A DNA stretch of 37,227 nucleotides, from contig NC_068982.1 of assembly GCF_001194135.2 (NCBI RefSeq), positions 183,409,489 to 183,446,715 on the forward strand, in the 5' to 3' direction. The first letter of the stretch is position 1. The number at the start of each line of letters is the position of its first letter. A program made the position numbers and the translations under genes. Below, one piece after another: positions 1-9,135 of the stretch. This DNA is from Octopus bimaculoides (lineage: Eukaryota). The notes below the pieces were generated by a model. The model was not told where the DNA came from and ran no database searches. It saw only the letters and a program-made list of their open reading frames with translations.

Positions 1-164
1 TTTATCAAACTCTTGTACCATCACCATTTTATGTCAGTTTTCCATACAGACATTTTTTTTTCTTTGTACTTGTCTAGTCTGGAGGAAGAGCATTGTTCAT
101 GACATTCGCAGGTCTTATAACAATCCAGTTTCACTGAGTCTATGATAGAAGGTACTTATATATT

Positions 165-390
165 CGTTTTTCATGCTGGCATGGGTTGGACTTGTCCTGG
201 TCCTGATCCAAGTCAGTTTTTACTTGCAGCTATTATCCACCTAGGCAGGTTGGAGATCACGTCTTGTGTGTACATTCCATTTTGGTATGGTTTCTATAGC
301 TGGATGCCTTTCCTGTCATCAACCCTCACCTGTTTGCAAGCAAGCTAATATTAACCCATATTTTCATGGAAGACTGGAAATCAGAAACTC
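165..390 (-). mobile_element. Family J retroposon fragment with an RTE-like 3' region
   Basis: Reverse complement contains the ggttgatgacaggaaaggcatccagctatagaaacc and tccaacccatgccagcatg motifs shared with the RTE 3'UTR at 7880-8028. Similar copies at 9136-9360 and 25371-25512. Confidence 0.7.
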
Positions 391-484
391 TGCTCATATG
401 ATGATGATGATGACACATTTATAACTAGCATGTGACATCAGGACAAGATGACACAAATACCTACATGCACTCACACATACACAC

Positions 485-847
485 ACAACAGGCTTCTTTC
501 AGTTTCCTATTTCTTTATTGCTCACAAGGGGCTAAACATAGAGGGGACAAACAAGAACAGACAAAGGGATTAAGTCGATTACATTGACCCCAGTGCGTAA
601 CTGGTACTTAATTTATTGACCCCGAAAGGATGAAAGGCAAAGTCAACCTCGGCGGAATTTGAACTCAGAACGTAACTGCAGACGAAATACTGCTAACCAT
701 TTCACCCGGCATGCTAACGTTTCTGCCAGCTCGACGCCTTTCAGTTTCTGTCAACCAAATCCATTCACAAGGATTTGGTCAATCCTGGGCAATTGCCAAA
801 GACACTTGCCCAAGCTACCATACATTCAGATTGAACCCCAAACCCTG
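485..847 (-). mobile_element. Family F tRNA-derived SINE head, interrupted by a family I SINE and cut off by a gap
   Basis: ggcttctttcagtttc...tgtcaaccaaatccattcacaagg...gacacttgcccaag...ttgaacccc matches the copies at 10392, 17868, 28742 and 32378. Confidence 0.85.
507..737 (-). mobile_element. Family I SINE nested in a family F SINE, 11-bp TSD
   Basis: Reverse complement reads ggcgtcgagctggcagaaacgttagcatgccggg...gttctgagttcaaattccgccgaggttgactttgcctttcatcctttcggggtc. TSD ctttcagtttc at 496-506 and 738-748. Confidence 0.92.
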
Positions 848-1211
848 NNNNNNNNNNNNNNNNNNNNNNNNNNNNNNNNNNNNNNNNNNNNNNNNNNNNN
901 NNNNNNNNNNNNNNNNNNNNNNNNNNNNNNNNNNNNNNNNNNNNNNNNNNNNNNNNNNNNNNNNNNNNNNNNNNNNNNNNNNNNNNNNNNNNNNNNNNNN
1001 NNNNNNNNNNNNNNNNNNNNNNNNNNNNNNNNNNNNNNNNNNNNNNNNNNNNNNNNNNNNNNNNNNNNNNNNNNNNNNNNNNNNNNNNNNNNNNNNNNNN
1101 NNNNNNNNNNNNNNNNNNNNNNNNNNNNNNNNNNNNNNNNNNNNNNNNNNNNNNNNNNNNNNNNNNNNNNNNNNNNNNNNNNNNNNNNNNNNNNNNNNNN
1201 NNNNNNNNNNN

Positions 1212-1258
<47 letters not shown>
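1212..1258. repeat. (GT)n microsatellite at a gap edge
   Basis: Direct reading. Confidence 0.98.
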
Positions 1259-1260
<2 letters not shown>

Positions 1261-2187
1261 CATGTGTGTTGTAGGTCTAAGGCATATCCCTCAGCATACC
1301 TCCAGATCCTAACAACTACAATAACAAAAACAAGAAGAAAATGCTGGAAGCGAGAAATCTCTCCCTTAAATTCACACACCTCCCCCCTTATTACCGTCAC
1401 CACCGCTGCCACCACCATCCCATGCACCATATTGTGTCTCCTCTGTCCCTTGTATTGTAGGAGGAAAGAATTTTGTAAAGGCCTAGGTAAATAGGAGACA
1501 GGAAAATATGAAAGCAGTTCTTACAAGAGAAGAAGTGGGGGTAACAGAATACCTGAGATGAAAGGGGAAAAATATAAAAACTGAAGGTGAAGTAGAGGGG
1601 GTTGGGGGAAGACGGTGAAGTGGACTGAAGTTGTGGGGGAGCAGGGGTCCTTGAGTATGATAGGAAAAGTATATTTAGAGATAGTCAGGTGAGAATTAAC
1701 ACACATATACATACAGATATATATAAATAAGCATCTAAATATACGTGTGCATCAACGAAAGGATTTTTCTGAAATTTGATGTTCTTGATAACACTAAATA
1801 GATGTAACTATACATGTTTTAATATGTGCATGTGTGCATGTGCAGACACACATACAGAGTGCCATGTATGTATACACACACACACACACATATGTAGATA
1901 CACTCATACACAGACAAACAGACAGAAGCGGTCAGTGGGTTATCAGGTATGAATTAACAGTTAACACCCAAAACATATAATGAATAAGGAAAAAGAAAGA
2001 AGAGATACAGACAGATAGATTGGAAGATAGATAAACAAATATAGACAAACACACACACACGCATACACATACATACGTACATACATACATACAGACACAT
2101 GTAAATGTATAGCTTCATAGACACATAGCAGGAAAAAGAGAATGACAGTAAGTCAGTGAGAGGTTCAAAATATATTCAACATAAAAG

Positions 2188-2191
<4 letters not shown>

Positions 2192-2237
<46 letters not shown>

Positions 2238-2271
2238 GTACAGGAGAATGAGGGATAGAGCAAGAGAAAGG

Positions 2272-2321
<50 letters not shown>

Positions 2322-2324
2322 GAG
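2192..2324. repeat. (TA)n and (GA)n microsatellites
   Basis: (TA)n at about 2192-2238 and (GA)n at about 2277-2324. Confidence 0.97.
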
Positions 2325-2441
2325 ATCACAAAGATCCAATAACAGAGTGACCAAGACACATAGACATCTAGAGAGTGAACAGCAACAGTCAAAAGATAAT
2401 AAAGCAGTATATACACTCCCTTCTCTTGTCTTTCTTTGTAG

Positions 2442-2471
2442 GTAGTTATTAACATGCATTACAATGGACAG
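2442..2471 (+). CDS. Candidate 30-nt internal exon (VVINMHYNGQ, phase 0/0), product unknown
   Basis: Strong acceptor cccttctcttgtctttctttgtag and donor CAG|gtgtgt. Only frame 0 is free of stops. Confidence 0.4.
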
Positions 2472-2649
2472 GTGTGTGTGTGTGTGTGTGTTTGTCCACA
2501 TACGTGTGTGTATGTATGTATGTGTGTGTGTGTGTGTGTGTGAGCATGTGTGTGTTTGTACCTACATGCATACATATATGTAAATGTGTGTATACCTATA
2601 GGTCGTATCCATGGAGACAGAGCCAGCTATACAGTTTACCTGTAATTTA

Positions 2650-3040
2650 CCTGATCTCCTGCATAAAACACCTGAAGGCAGATTTTCAAGTTAAGTACTG
2701 TCCATAGTGACACCAGTTTTCCACCTACCCACCCATATCTAATCCCTATTTTTACCTTCCATCTCTCTCTCTGTGTCTTTCTCCCTCTCTCTTTCTCTCT
2801 CTGCCCCTACCCTCATCCCACTCTGCCACTAAACACCTACACAAGGAGTCTTTGCATGGTTACTAGACCTGCTAGAAATAGCTGCCTAATTCCTTCCTTC
2901 AAACCACACCACACAGTCTCGAAAGAGTGACAGATACATTAGATGATGTAGTCCAACTTATACCTTATAAGACAGGGTGGCCATAGCTGGAAAGTCTTTG
3001 ATCAGAAACCTGCTCAGTCAAGTTTGAGTTGGAACTGAAC
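2650..3040 (+). mobile_element. Family E interspersed repeat (retroposon-like; (CAA)n tail in other copies)
   Basis: ctagaaatagctgcc...caaaccacacc...gatacattagatgatgtagtcc...ggccatagctggaaagtctttgatcag is shared with 18800-19066 (+) and with minus copies at 5420, 5900 and 8285. Confidence 0.65.
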
Positions 3041-3177
3041 AAATATAACAATACATAGACATACCTGCCAACTAGGATAGAATGCATGTATATATATATG
3101 TATTGGTTTGAACATATATGTTTGTTTTTTCTATGCTGGCAAAGGCTGGACAAGCACTTATTTTTGAGATTGTATTA

Positions 3178-3209
<32 letters not shown>

Positions 3210-3236
3210 CTTGCAAGCTACTTGATGACCTCAGTC

Positions 3237-3433
3237 ATACTGGTGTTACATAAAAAAGCACCCAGCACAGGCTGTAAATGATTGGGGTTAGAAAGGGCAT
3301 CCAGCTACAGAAACGTTACCAGAACCAGAACAAACACTGGTGCTGCTTAATGCGATTCCTCCAAGTGTTGGATCTTGTCATGTCTAACTCATACTAGCAT
3401 GGAATATGAATGCTAAATGATGATGAAGATGAT
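3237..3433 (+). mobile_element. 5'-truncated RTE LINE 3'UTR fragment with (GAT)n tail
   Basis: taaaaaagcaccc...gaaagggcatccagctacagaaac...actagcatggaa...taaatgatgatgaagatga matches 7800-8028. Confidence 0.8.
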
Positions 3434-3525
3434 AAGTGTGTGTGTGCATGTGTGTGTGTGTGTGTACATGCATGTGTATGTGTGTGTGTACACACATACA
3501 TACTCATACATACACATGCATATAC

Positions 3526-3730
3526 ACACAATTTAAAAAAGAGTGACTAATAGTTTCATGATGTTGAGATACAAGAAAAATATGGCAGATTTATATAACA
3601 TGCCATGTGTCTCCAAGCAATCTTTCAGGCTCATTACATATCATTAGACCTATTTGAAAACCAGGATGTTGGTCTATGAAGAAACATGTGAAAAAATTGG
3701 GAGGCAAAACACAAAGAAGGTTGATGCAAA
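3526..3730 (+). repeat. Left arm of a ~200-bp imperfect inverted repeat (repeat A)
   Basis: Aligns to the reverse complement of 4164-4354 through acacaattta.aaagagt.actaat.gtttcatg, cagatttatataa.atgcca, ttagacctatttgaaaaccagg and aaggttgatgcaaa. Identity about 75-83% by hand. Confidence 0.92.
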
Positions 3731-3891
3731 AAGTGGAATGAGAAGAAAGAAAAGTAAGAACACCAAGATTTTTGTCCTCTTTCTCAGTAGAAATTATAAT
3801 TAATCTAGCTGGTGTAGAATAATATAACAGAGAGGAGACCAAAGTCTGTGGATAGCTGCTCAGCCTGGAGAGGGTGGTGTCCTACAGTTCA

Positions 3892-4042
3892 ACAAAAGAA
3901 ATTTGTCTATGTGCTTGCTTTGCTAATAATTTCAGATCTGGAATTACAGTGTGGTGGAATTATTGGATCTAAACAGAATGTACAATCTTCCAGCTACACA
4001 TAACTCTCATCTCTTTGATTTATTTACATATGGCATACACTT
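3892..4042 (+). repeat. Direct repeat B, copy 1 (contains exon-like 3936-4032 with a GC donor)
   Basis: About 93% identical to 4377-4528 by hand count. Confidence 0.95.
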
Positions 4043-4163
4043 CTCTATAATTCTTCATTTGATTGTATGTGGTGTGCAGTTGGCATTGAGATCTCAGTGG
4101 CTTATTTTTATCAATGTATCAGAAAGAAGACTAGTGGTTTGCATACTAGCCTTTAAAATTGCC

Positions 4164-4354
4164 TTTGCATCAACCTTTTTTGCATTTTTCTTCCTGTTTT
4201 TTTCACATAGGCCAGTGTCCTGGTTTTCAAATAGGTCTAACGGTGTACGCTGAGCCTGTAAATTGTTTGGAGCCATGTGGCATCTTATATAAATCTGACA
4301 AACTATTGTATCTCTAGAGCATGAAACGATTAGTAACTCTTTATTAAATTGTGT
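4164..4354 (-). repeat. Right arm of inverted repeat A
   Basis: Reverse-complement match to 3526-3730. Confidence 0.92.
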
Positions 4355-4376
4355 ATTTAAATTATATTTATCTCTC

Positions 4377-4528
4377 ACAAAAGAAATTTGTCTATGTGCT
4401 TGCATTTACTAATAATTTCAGATCTGGAATTACAGTGTGATGGAATTGTTGGATCTAAAAAGAATGTACAATCTTCCAGCTACACATAACTTACATCTCT
4501 TTGATCCATTTACATATGGTATACACTT
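4377..4528 (+). repeat. Direct repeat B, copy 2 (contains exon-like 4422-4518 with a GT donor)
   Basis: About 93% identical to 3892-4042. aatttcag|ATCTGG...CATATG|gtatac. Confidence 0.95.
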
Positions 4529-4576
4529 TTTTTGTGGATCCTAGCTATAATGAAACATTAGACTACAGGCATACAC

Positions 4577-4770
4577 ATGAAGAAGGCCTTTGAAGGATGC
4601 CATGCTCCATAATGTGGTGGTCACTAAGGAAATTAGATGGAGATGCAATGGCTTGCGAAAGTTGTTAAAAGTTATGTACAAAGGTACAATAGGTAAAATG
4701 AAAGTCAATGATGAACTCAGCAATGGATTTAGCATGAAGGCAGGAGTCCATGAAGGCTTAGTCCTAATTG
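4577..4770 (+). pseudogene. Degraded RTE-clade LINE reverse-transcriptase fragment
   Basis: Frameshifted translation MKKAFE..IMWWSLRKL..QWLAKVV..MYKGTIGKMKVNDELSNGFSMKAGVHEGLVL matches the RTE RT pattern (EKAFDRV..WWALRKLG..EWLV....MY....KVRV..E.SE.F....GVHQGSVLSP). Confidence 0.85.
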
Positions 4771-5035
4771 ACAAAATGCAATACTGCAGAAGACCATCCA
4801 CCCATAGCAACACATACTCCAACTGAAGGATAATGTCTACAGTTGGTTTGCTAAGAAGTTCACTTATCAACCATATAATTTCAGGTCCAGTCTTACTGTC
4901 CCTTCCTCTTGAGTTATTTTCCTTTGCTCACTCTACTTTTAAGTATGCAAATTAGCACTGGCAAAATATATAGCAAAACCTTGTTCCTAAATGTAAAAAT
5001 GTAAATTTTCTGATCTGCAAGTATGTTGTGACTTT

Positions 5036-5079
5036 ACAGTACTGACGAGGTCTAATTGACCAAAACCTATGTCCATAGT
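5036..5079 (+). ncRNA. Degenerate type I hammerhead-ribozyme-like motif
   Basis: CTGACGA (5042-5048), stem II GGTC/GACC with loop TAATT, AAAA in place of GAAA (5062-5065), stem III AC-CTAT-GT, C17 at 5073 (GUC triplet), stem I acagta/catagt with 4 of 6 pairs. Confidence 0.55.
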
Positions 5080-5419
5080 TGACCCTTGCCCACAACAAAG
5101 ACCAGACTGTCCTTACTCTCTGTATGTAAATTAACTCAAGAAATTTATTTTTAATCTCTTGAAATTATCTTTTGTTTTCTTTGAGAGAAACTAACAATTT
5201 TCTCAGCCTGTTTCTTTCCAGCTTTTAATCTCAAATTTAATCATGCACAGGTTATTTCTGGTGCTGAAAATACTGGAAAATAATCAGACCTACTTTTATA
5301 TTATATTTATAACAGATATAATAAACCATCTCTTGTGTGTAGGTGTATTTCTGTGTTTGTTGGTTGGCTTCTTTCTTCTTGTTCTCTCTTTTTCTGTCAT
5401 ATTTATTACATTTCATCTT

Positions 5420-5605
5420 TCTTATCTGTTAGCCCAAACCCAGTAGACCTAATATCAAAGACCTTCAAGCTGTGACAATCCTATCTTTATATTAAGACAT
5501 AGTATATCTAGGACGTGTTTATCTAATATGTCTGTTTTTTTTTTTGTTTTTTTTTTTTGAGATTGGAGAATAAGATTTCAGAGAGAATTGTCTACTCTTT
5601 CTAGT
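5420..5605 (-). mobile_element. Family E repeat, degenerate
   Basis: Reverse-complement similarity to 18800-19066. Confidence 0.55.
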
Positions 5606-5687
5606 AAACAAATGATATGTAGAAGACCTTGCCTAACAGTACTCTGTTTCTACATGTACATACATTTGGAGAGAAAACTGTAAAAAC

Positions 5688-5885
5688 TGCATCAGGACAA
5701 TTACCACCCATAGGACAATTACCACCCATAGGACAATTCCCCCACACCCACCCGATGACAACTACCCCTTAGGACAATTACCCCACCTCTCCAATATCAA
5801 GAAGTTATAAATCATCATCTGTTGTCCTCAGGGGTAATTGTCTTTGGTTGAGTTATTGTCCATGGGGAATAAATGTCCTAGACTC
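5688..5885. mobile_element. MITE-like element with subterminal GGACAATTACC repeats and an 8-bp TSD
   Basis: gtaaaaac at 5680-5687 and 5886-5893. Forward aggacaatt(a/c)cc units at 5694-5782 and inverted ggggtaattgtc / ttattgtcc / aatgtcct units at 5831-5879. Confidence 0.8.
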
Positions 5886-5899
5886 GTAAAAACAGAGAA

Positions 5900-6080
5900 T
5901 TGTTGTCATTATGTAACCCCAGTCTGGCTCTGATTGAACAGACTTGTGATCAAAGGCATTCAAGCCATGACCAACACCTCTTTTTGGTATATTAGGACAT
6001 ATCCTACTTTTTGAAGATGCTAAAGTGTAATTTAGGTAAGATTTGGCTGCTATCTCTTACAGGCTAGGTGACAATGCTGA
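5900..6080 (-). mobile_element. Family E repeat
   Basis: ttgttgtc..accccagtctggctctgattgaacagac..gatcaaaggcattcaagccatgacc..gatttggctgctat is the reverse of the E consensus. Confidence 0.7.
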
Positions 6081-6710
6081 AGTTTTTATCATCTTGTGAT
6101 GCCACATAACTAAAGAATAACCATCAATCCTCTTCTGCTTCACACTGTCTCCCCACCCTCTATCCTTAAGCTAACTCCACCACTGCCACCACAGATCAAC
6201 ACCTCCTCAATAATGCTCTTCTTTCATCCTGCCATCTTTAATTTATAGCATGTGTAGTGGTGGTGGTGGTGGTGGTGGTGGTGGTGACGTTATGAGGTGG
6301 GGATGATAGTTGAGGGTGGGGTGTCAATTGTTTTAATACCTCCACCACTACCACTTCCTACCTAGACAGCTAAGGTCATATGAAGGACAGGTGATAGATT
6401 TCCATACCTTTTCTACATAACCCCCACCCCAATCTTTTTCTCCCTACTCCTTGCCACCATCCTATTCACTTCCATCCCACCCCTGCAGTCTGTCTGCCTG
6501 TCTGTCTCACTCTTGAATATCGTCCCCCCCCCCATTCTCCAACATCATCATTTTACACTCTCCATCCCAGTGTTTCAATCTAGCTACCCTGTCTCCCCAG
6601 TCTTCCCTTTAATGATAGTTACCATTCTGATTAAACACTGCTGTCATTTGTCAGTTTGCCTGTCTGTCTGTCTCCATCAATGTGTGTCGTCATCAATGCA
6701 TGTACCCATG

Positions 6711-7029
6711 TGTGAAGGCGCATGGCTTAGTGATTTCAGCTCACAATCGTAAGGTCATGAGTTCGATTCCTGATGACATGTTGTGTCCTTGAGCAAGACA
6801 CTTTATTTCACATTGCCCCAGTCCACTCAGCTGGCAAAAATGAGTAGTACCTGTAATTCAAAGGGCCAGCCCTGTCACATTCTGTGGCACACTCAGTCTC
6901 CCTGAGAACTACATTAAAGGTACACAAGTCTGAAGATTGCTCAGCCATTTGCACAATAAAATCATGAGCAGGCTGTTCTGTTCCTTGGGTCAACCGGAAC
7001 CCTCATTGTCATAACTGACAGAGGGCCAG
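6711..7029 (+). mobile_element. Family A tRNA-derived SINE (head + CORE-like block + tail T1)
   Basis: A-box-like tggcttagtga, B-box gagttcgattcc, block tgtgtccttgagcaagacactttatttcac, tail cctgtaattcaaagggcc...taactgacagagggcc. Confidence 0.88.
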
Positions 7030-7227
7030 TTTCTGTGTTTACATCAGTTTGTCCGCTTGTCTGTCTATTTCCTTTTGTTTTGTCTCTATAAATATTCCAT
7101 CTCTTCTCCATTACATTTTCTCCTCTAACCACCAACTCATATTTACTTATTGCTACATTATGTGATGTTGTATAGTATAGCAGAGTGTATGATGTTACAG
7201 TGAGGTGTATTAAAGTGTATTTTGTAG

Positions 7228-7253
7228 TGAGTGAATTGGAGAAGAGGACACAG
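7228..7253 (+). CDS. Candidate 26-nt exon (xSELEKRTQ, phase 1/0)
   Basis: Strong donor ACAG|gtaaga, modest acceptor gtattttgtag, one open frame. Confidence 0.2.
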
Positions 7254-7294
7254 GTAAGACCATTTTCTCTGTTCTAGTGGTACAAAAAACGAAA

Positions 7295-7460
7295 AAAGCA
7301 TTCAGGACACACTGTAAAGTGGCTGGCATTGAGAAGGGCATCTAACCATAGAAACTACGCCAAAGTTGACAAAAGAACTCAATGCAGTCTTCCAGCTAGA
7401 TTCTGTCAATTAGCCCAACCCATACCAGCATCAAAAACAGACAGTAAACGTTGATGATGA
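7295..7460 (+). mobile_element. RTE 3'UTR fragment with (GAT)n tail
   Basis: aaaagcattc..gtaaagtggctggcattgagaagggcatc..cccaacccataccagcatc..cgttgatgatga. Confidence 0.75.
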
Positions 7461-7476
7461 TTATACACGTTTGTGT

Positions 7477-8028
7477 GTGCAGGAGAGAAGACTGTGCTGT
7501 TATGGTCATGTAATGCATATGAATGAAGACAGTTGCATCAAGAGGTGCCGATCTTTAACTGTGGGAGGGGTAGACCCAGGAGGACTTGAGATGAAATGGT
7601 AAGAAAAGATCTTTCGATGTTGGGCCTCACAGAGGGGATGCCAGAGGATTGAGATGTGAGGGGACTGAGATGCCTGGTGGTTTGCTGAGCTTGAGAAGAC
7701 ATATCAAGCTAAGTGAAATCATGGTTGTCTTTGCATACAAGCATGTCCCCTACATTCCTCACATAGCTGATCATTCCTAATCTTGCAGGCTCATGGATGC
7801 TGGTGCCACATAAAAAAGCACCCATACCAGTGTCATGTAAACACACTCGTACCAGTGCTGCATAAAAGCACCCAGTACACTCTGTAGAGTGGTTGGTGTT
7901 AGGAAGGGTATCCAGCCATAGAAACCATGCCGAAACGGACATTAAGCATAGGCAGCTGTTCAGCACCTGTCAAACCGTGTTACCCATGCCAGTATGGAAC
8001 ACAGACATTAAATGATGATGATGATGAT
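7477..8028 (+). mobile_element. 5'-truncated RTE-clade LINE: ORF C-terminus (7477-7716), 3'UTR and (GAT)n tail
   Basis: Translation VQERRLCCYGHVMHMNEDSCIKRCRSLTV / GRPRRT*DEMVRKDLSMLGLTEGM..AELEKTYQAK* fits the RTE C-terminal pattern (RRLRWYGHV.RM......K......G.RGRPRKTW). Confidence 0.92.
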
Positions 8029-8284
8029 ATGTATATTGTTGTGCAGAGATTAGCAATCCAGGATAATGCGTCATGTGTGTGTGTGTGCACGCGCGCATGA
8101 GTGTGTGTGTGTGTGTGTGTGTGTGTGCACTCGCGCATGAGTGTGTGTGTGTGTGTTTGGTATATTTATAGTTGTGGAGAAATTGGGGGGCCTAGATTGG
8201 ACTGTCTTCTGTGTCTAAGAGTGAGTGATGGCTGGTTGAATTTGATATTCTGCAGTGACACTTATAAAAATAAGGTATTTGTTA

Positions 8285-8480
8285 TCATTTAGCCCCTCCC
8301 CCAAGTAAAACTCTGATCAAGGAGACCTATGATTAAAGACGGTGCAGCTTTGACCAATCCATCTTATTTTCATACATTTTATCAAAGACTACATCCAGTA
8401 TATTGTTCAAATTTTAAGATGGTATAGTGCAGCTTGTGGAGAATTTGGTTGCTATGTCTCAGAGGTCAAGCAAACCCATA
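8285..8480 (-). mobile_element. Family E repeat, degenerate
   Basis: tttagcccc...ctgatcaaggagacctatgattaaag...gaatttggttgctatgtctc. Confidence 0.6.
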
Positions 8481-8629
8481 ATCCTCTTCATTGACTCAAA
8501 GAGAAACGGTAGAACTAGTCAGCTCAAATTTTAATCTCTTTAAATTTTTAGGAGTTCAATGTAGATGTATAACTGTATGTGAAAAGTAATGATGACAAGT
8601 ACTGTAATGTGGTGGTGGTGGTGAATGTT

Positions 8630-8740
8630 GTGTTGGCTAAAAAGAACTAGTGAGAAGACATTTCCTTGTGGCAGTCCATTTGGAATGGCATAAGCATTAG
8701 ATGTGTTGTTATTCCATACAACACTGACCCAACAACCAGA
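8630..8740 (-). pseudogene. Possible non-LTR reverse-transcriptase remnant
   Basis: Minus frame WVSVVWNNNTSNAYAIPNGLPQGNVFSLVLL resembles the RT motif (V...S.......GVPQGSVLSPLLF). Short and isolated. Confidence 0.4.
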
Positions 8741-9135
8741 AACATAAGCACAAGAGGAAGACTAACAAATTTCTCTCCCCCCCCCCTCTCTCTCTCTCTC
8801 ACTCTCACTCTCTCTCATACACACACACACATACAAATTTTAATTAATTAAAATTGCTCTCATAATAAAAAAAGTATATCATTAGCATTAATGATACTTC
8901 ATGTCAAAGACAAAGAACACAGGTCTGAAATACCAAATTGATTAAAAATTGAAATGGAAGATCTTGTACACTGCTGAGTAAGTCTTATCTGTGGTAACAA
9001 GAGTTACAACTCCAGACATGTTTCAGTGCTATAGGACCTCCACAGCAAAATACAGCCTTCCTGGTATTTACCTGATCTTAAAATCAGTGACACTATAGAG
9101 GCAATATTTCTTGTTTTTATTGCAGATGACAACCA

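Noticed and set aside
659-1312. Long ORFs spanning N-runs (also at 10741-11496, 12332-13274, 22819-23226, 27517-27809, 28204-28812, 30494-31234 and 35942-36457)
   Set aside because: They are open only because N codons cannot be stops; the flanks translate microsatellites or SINEs.
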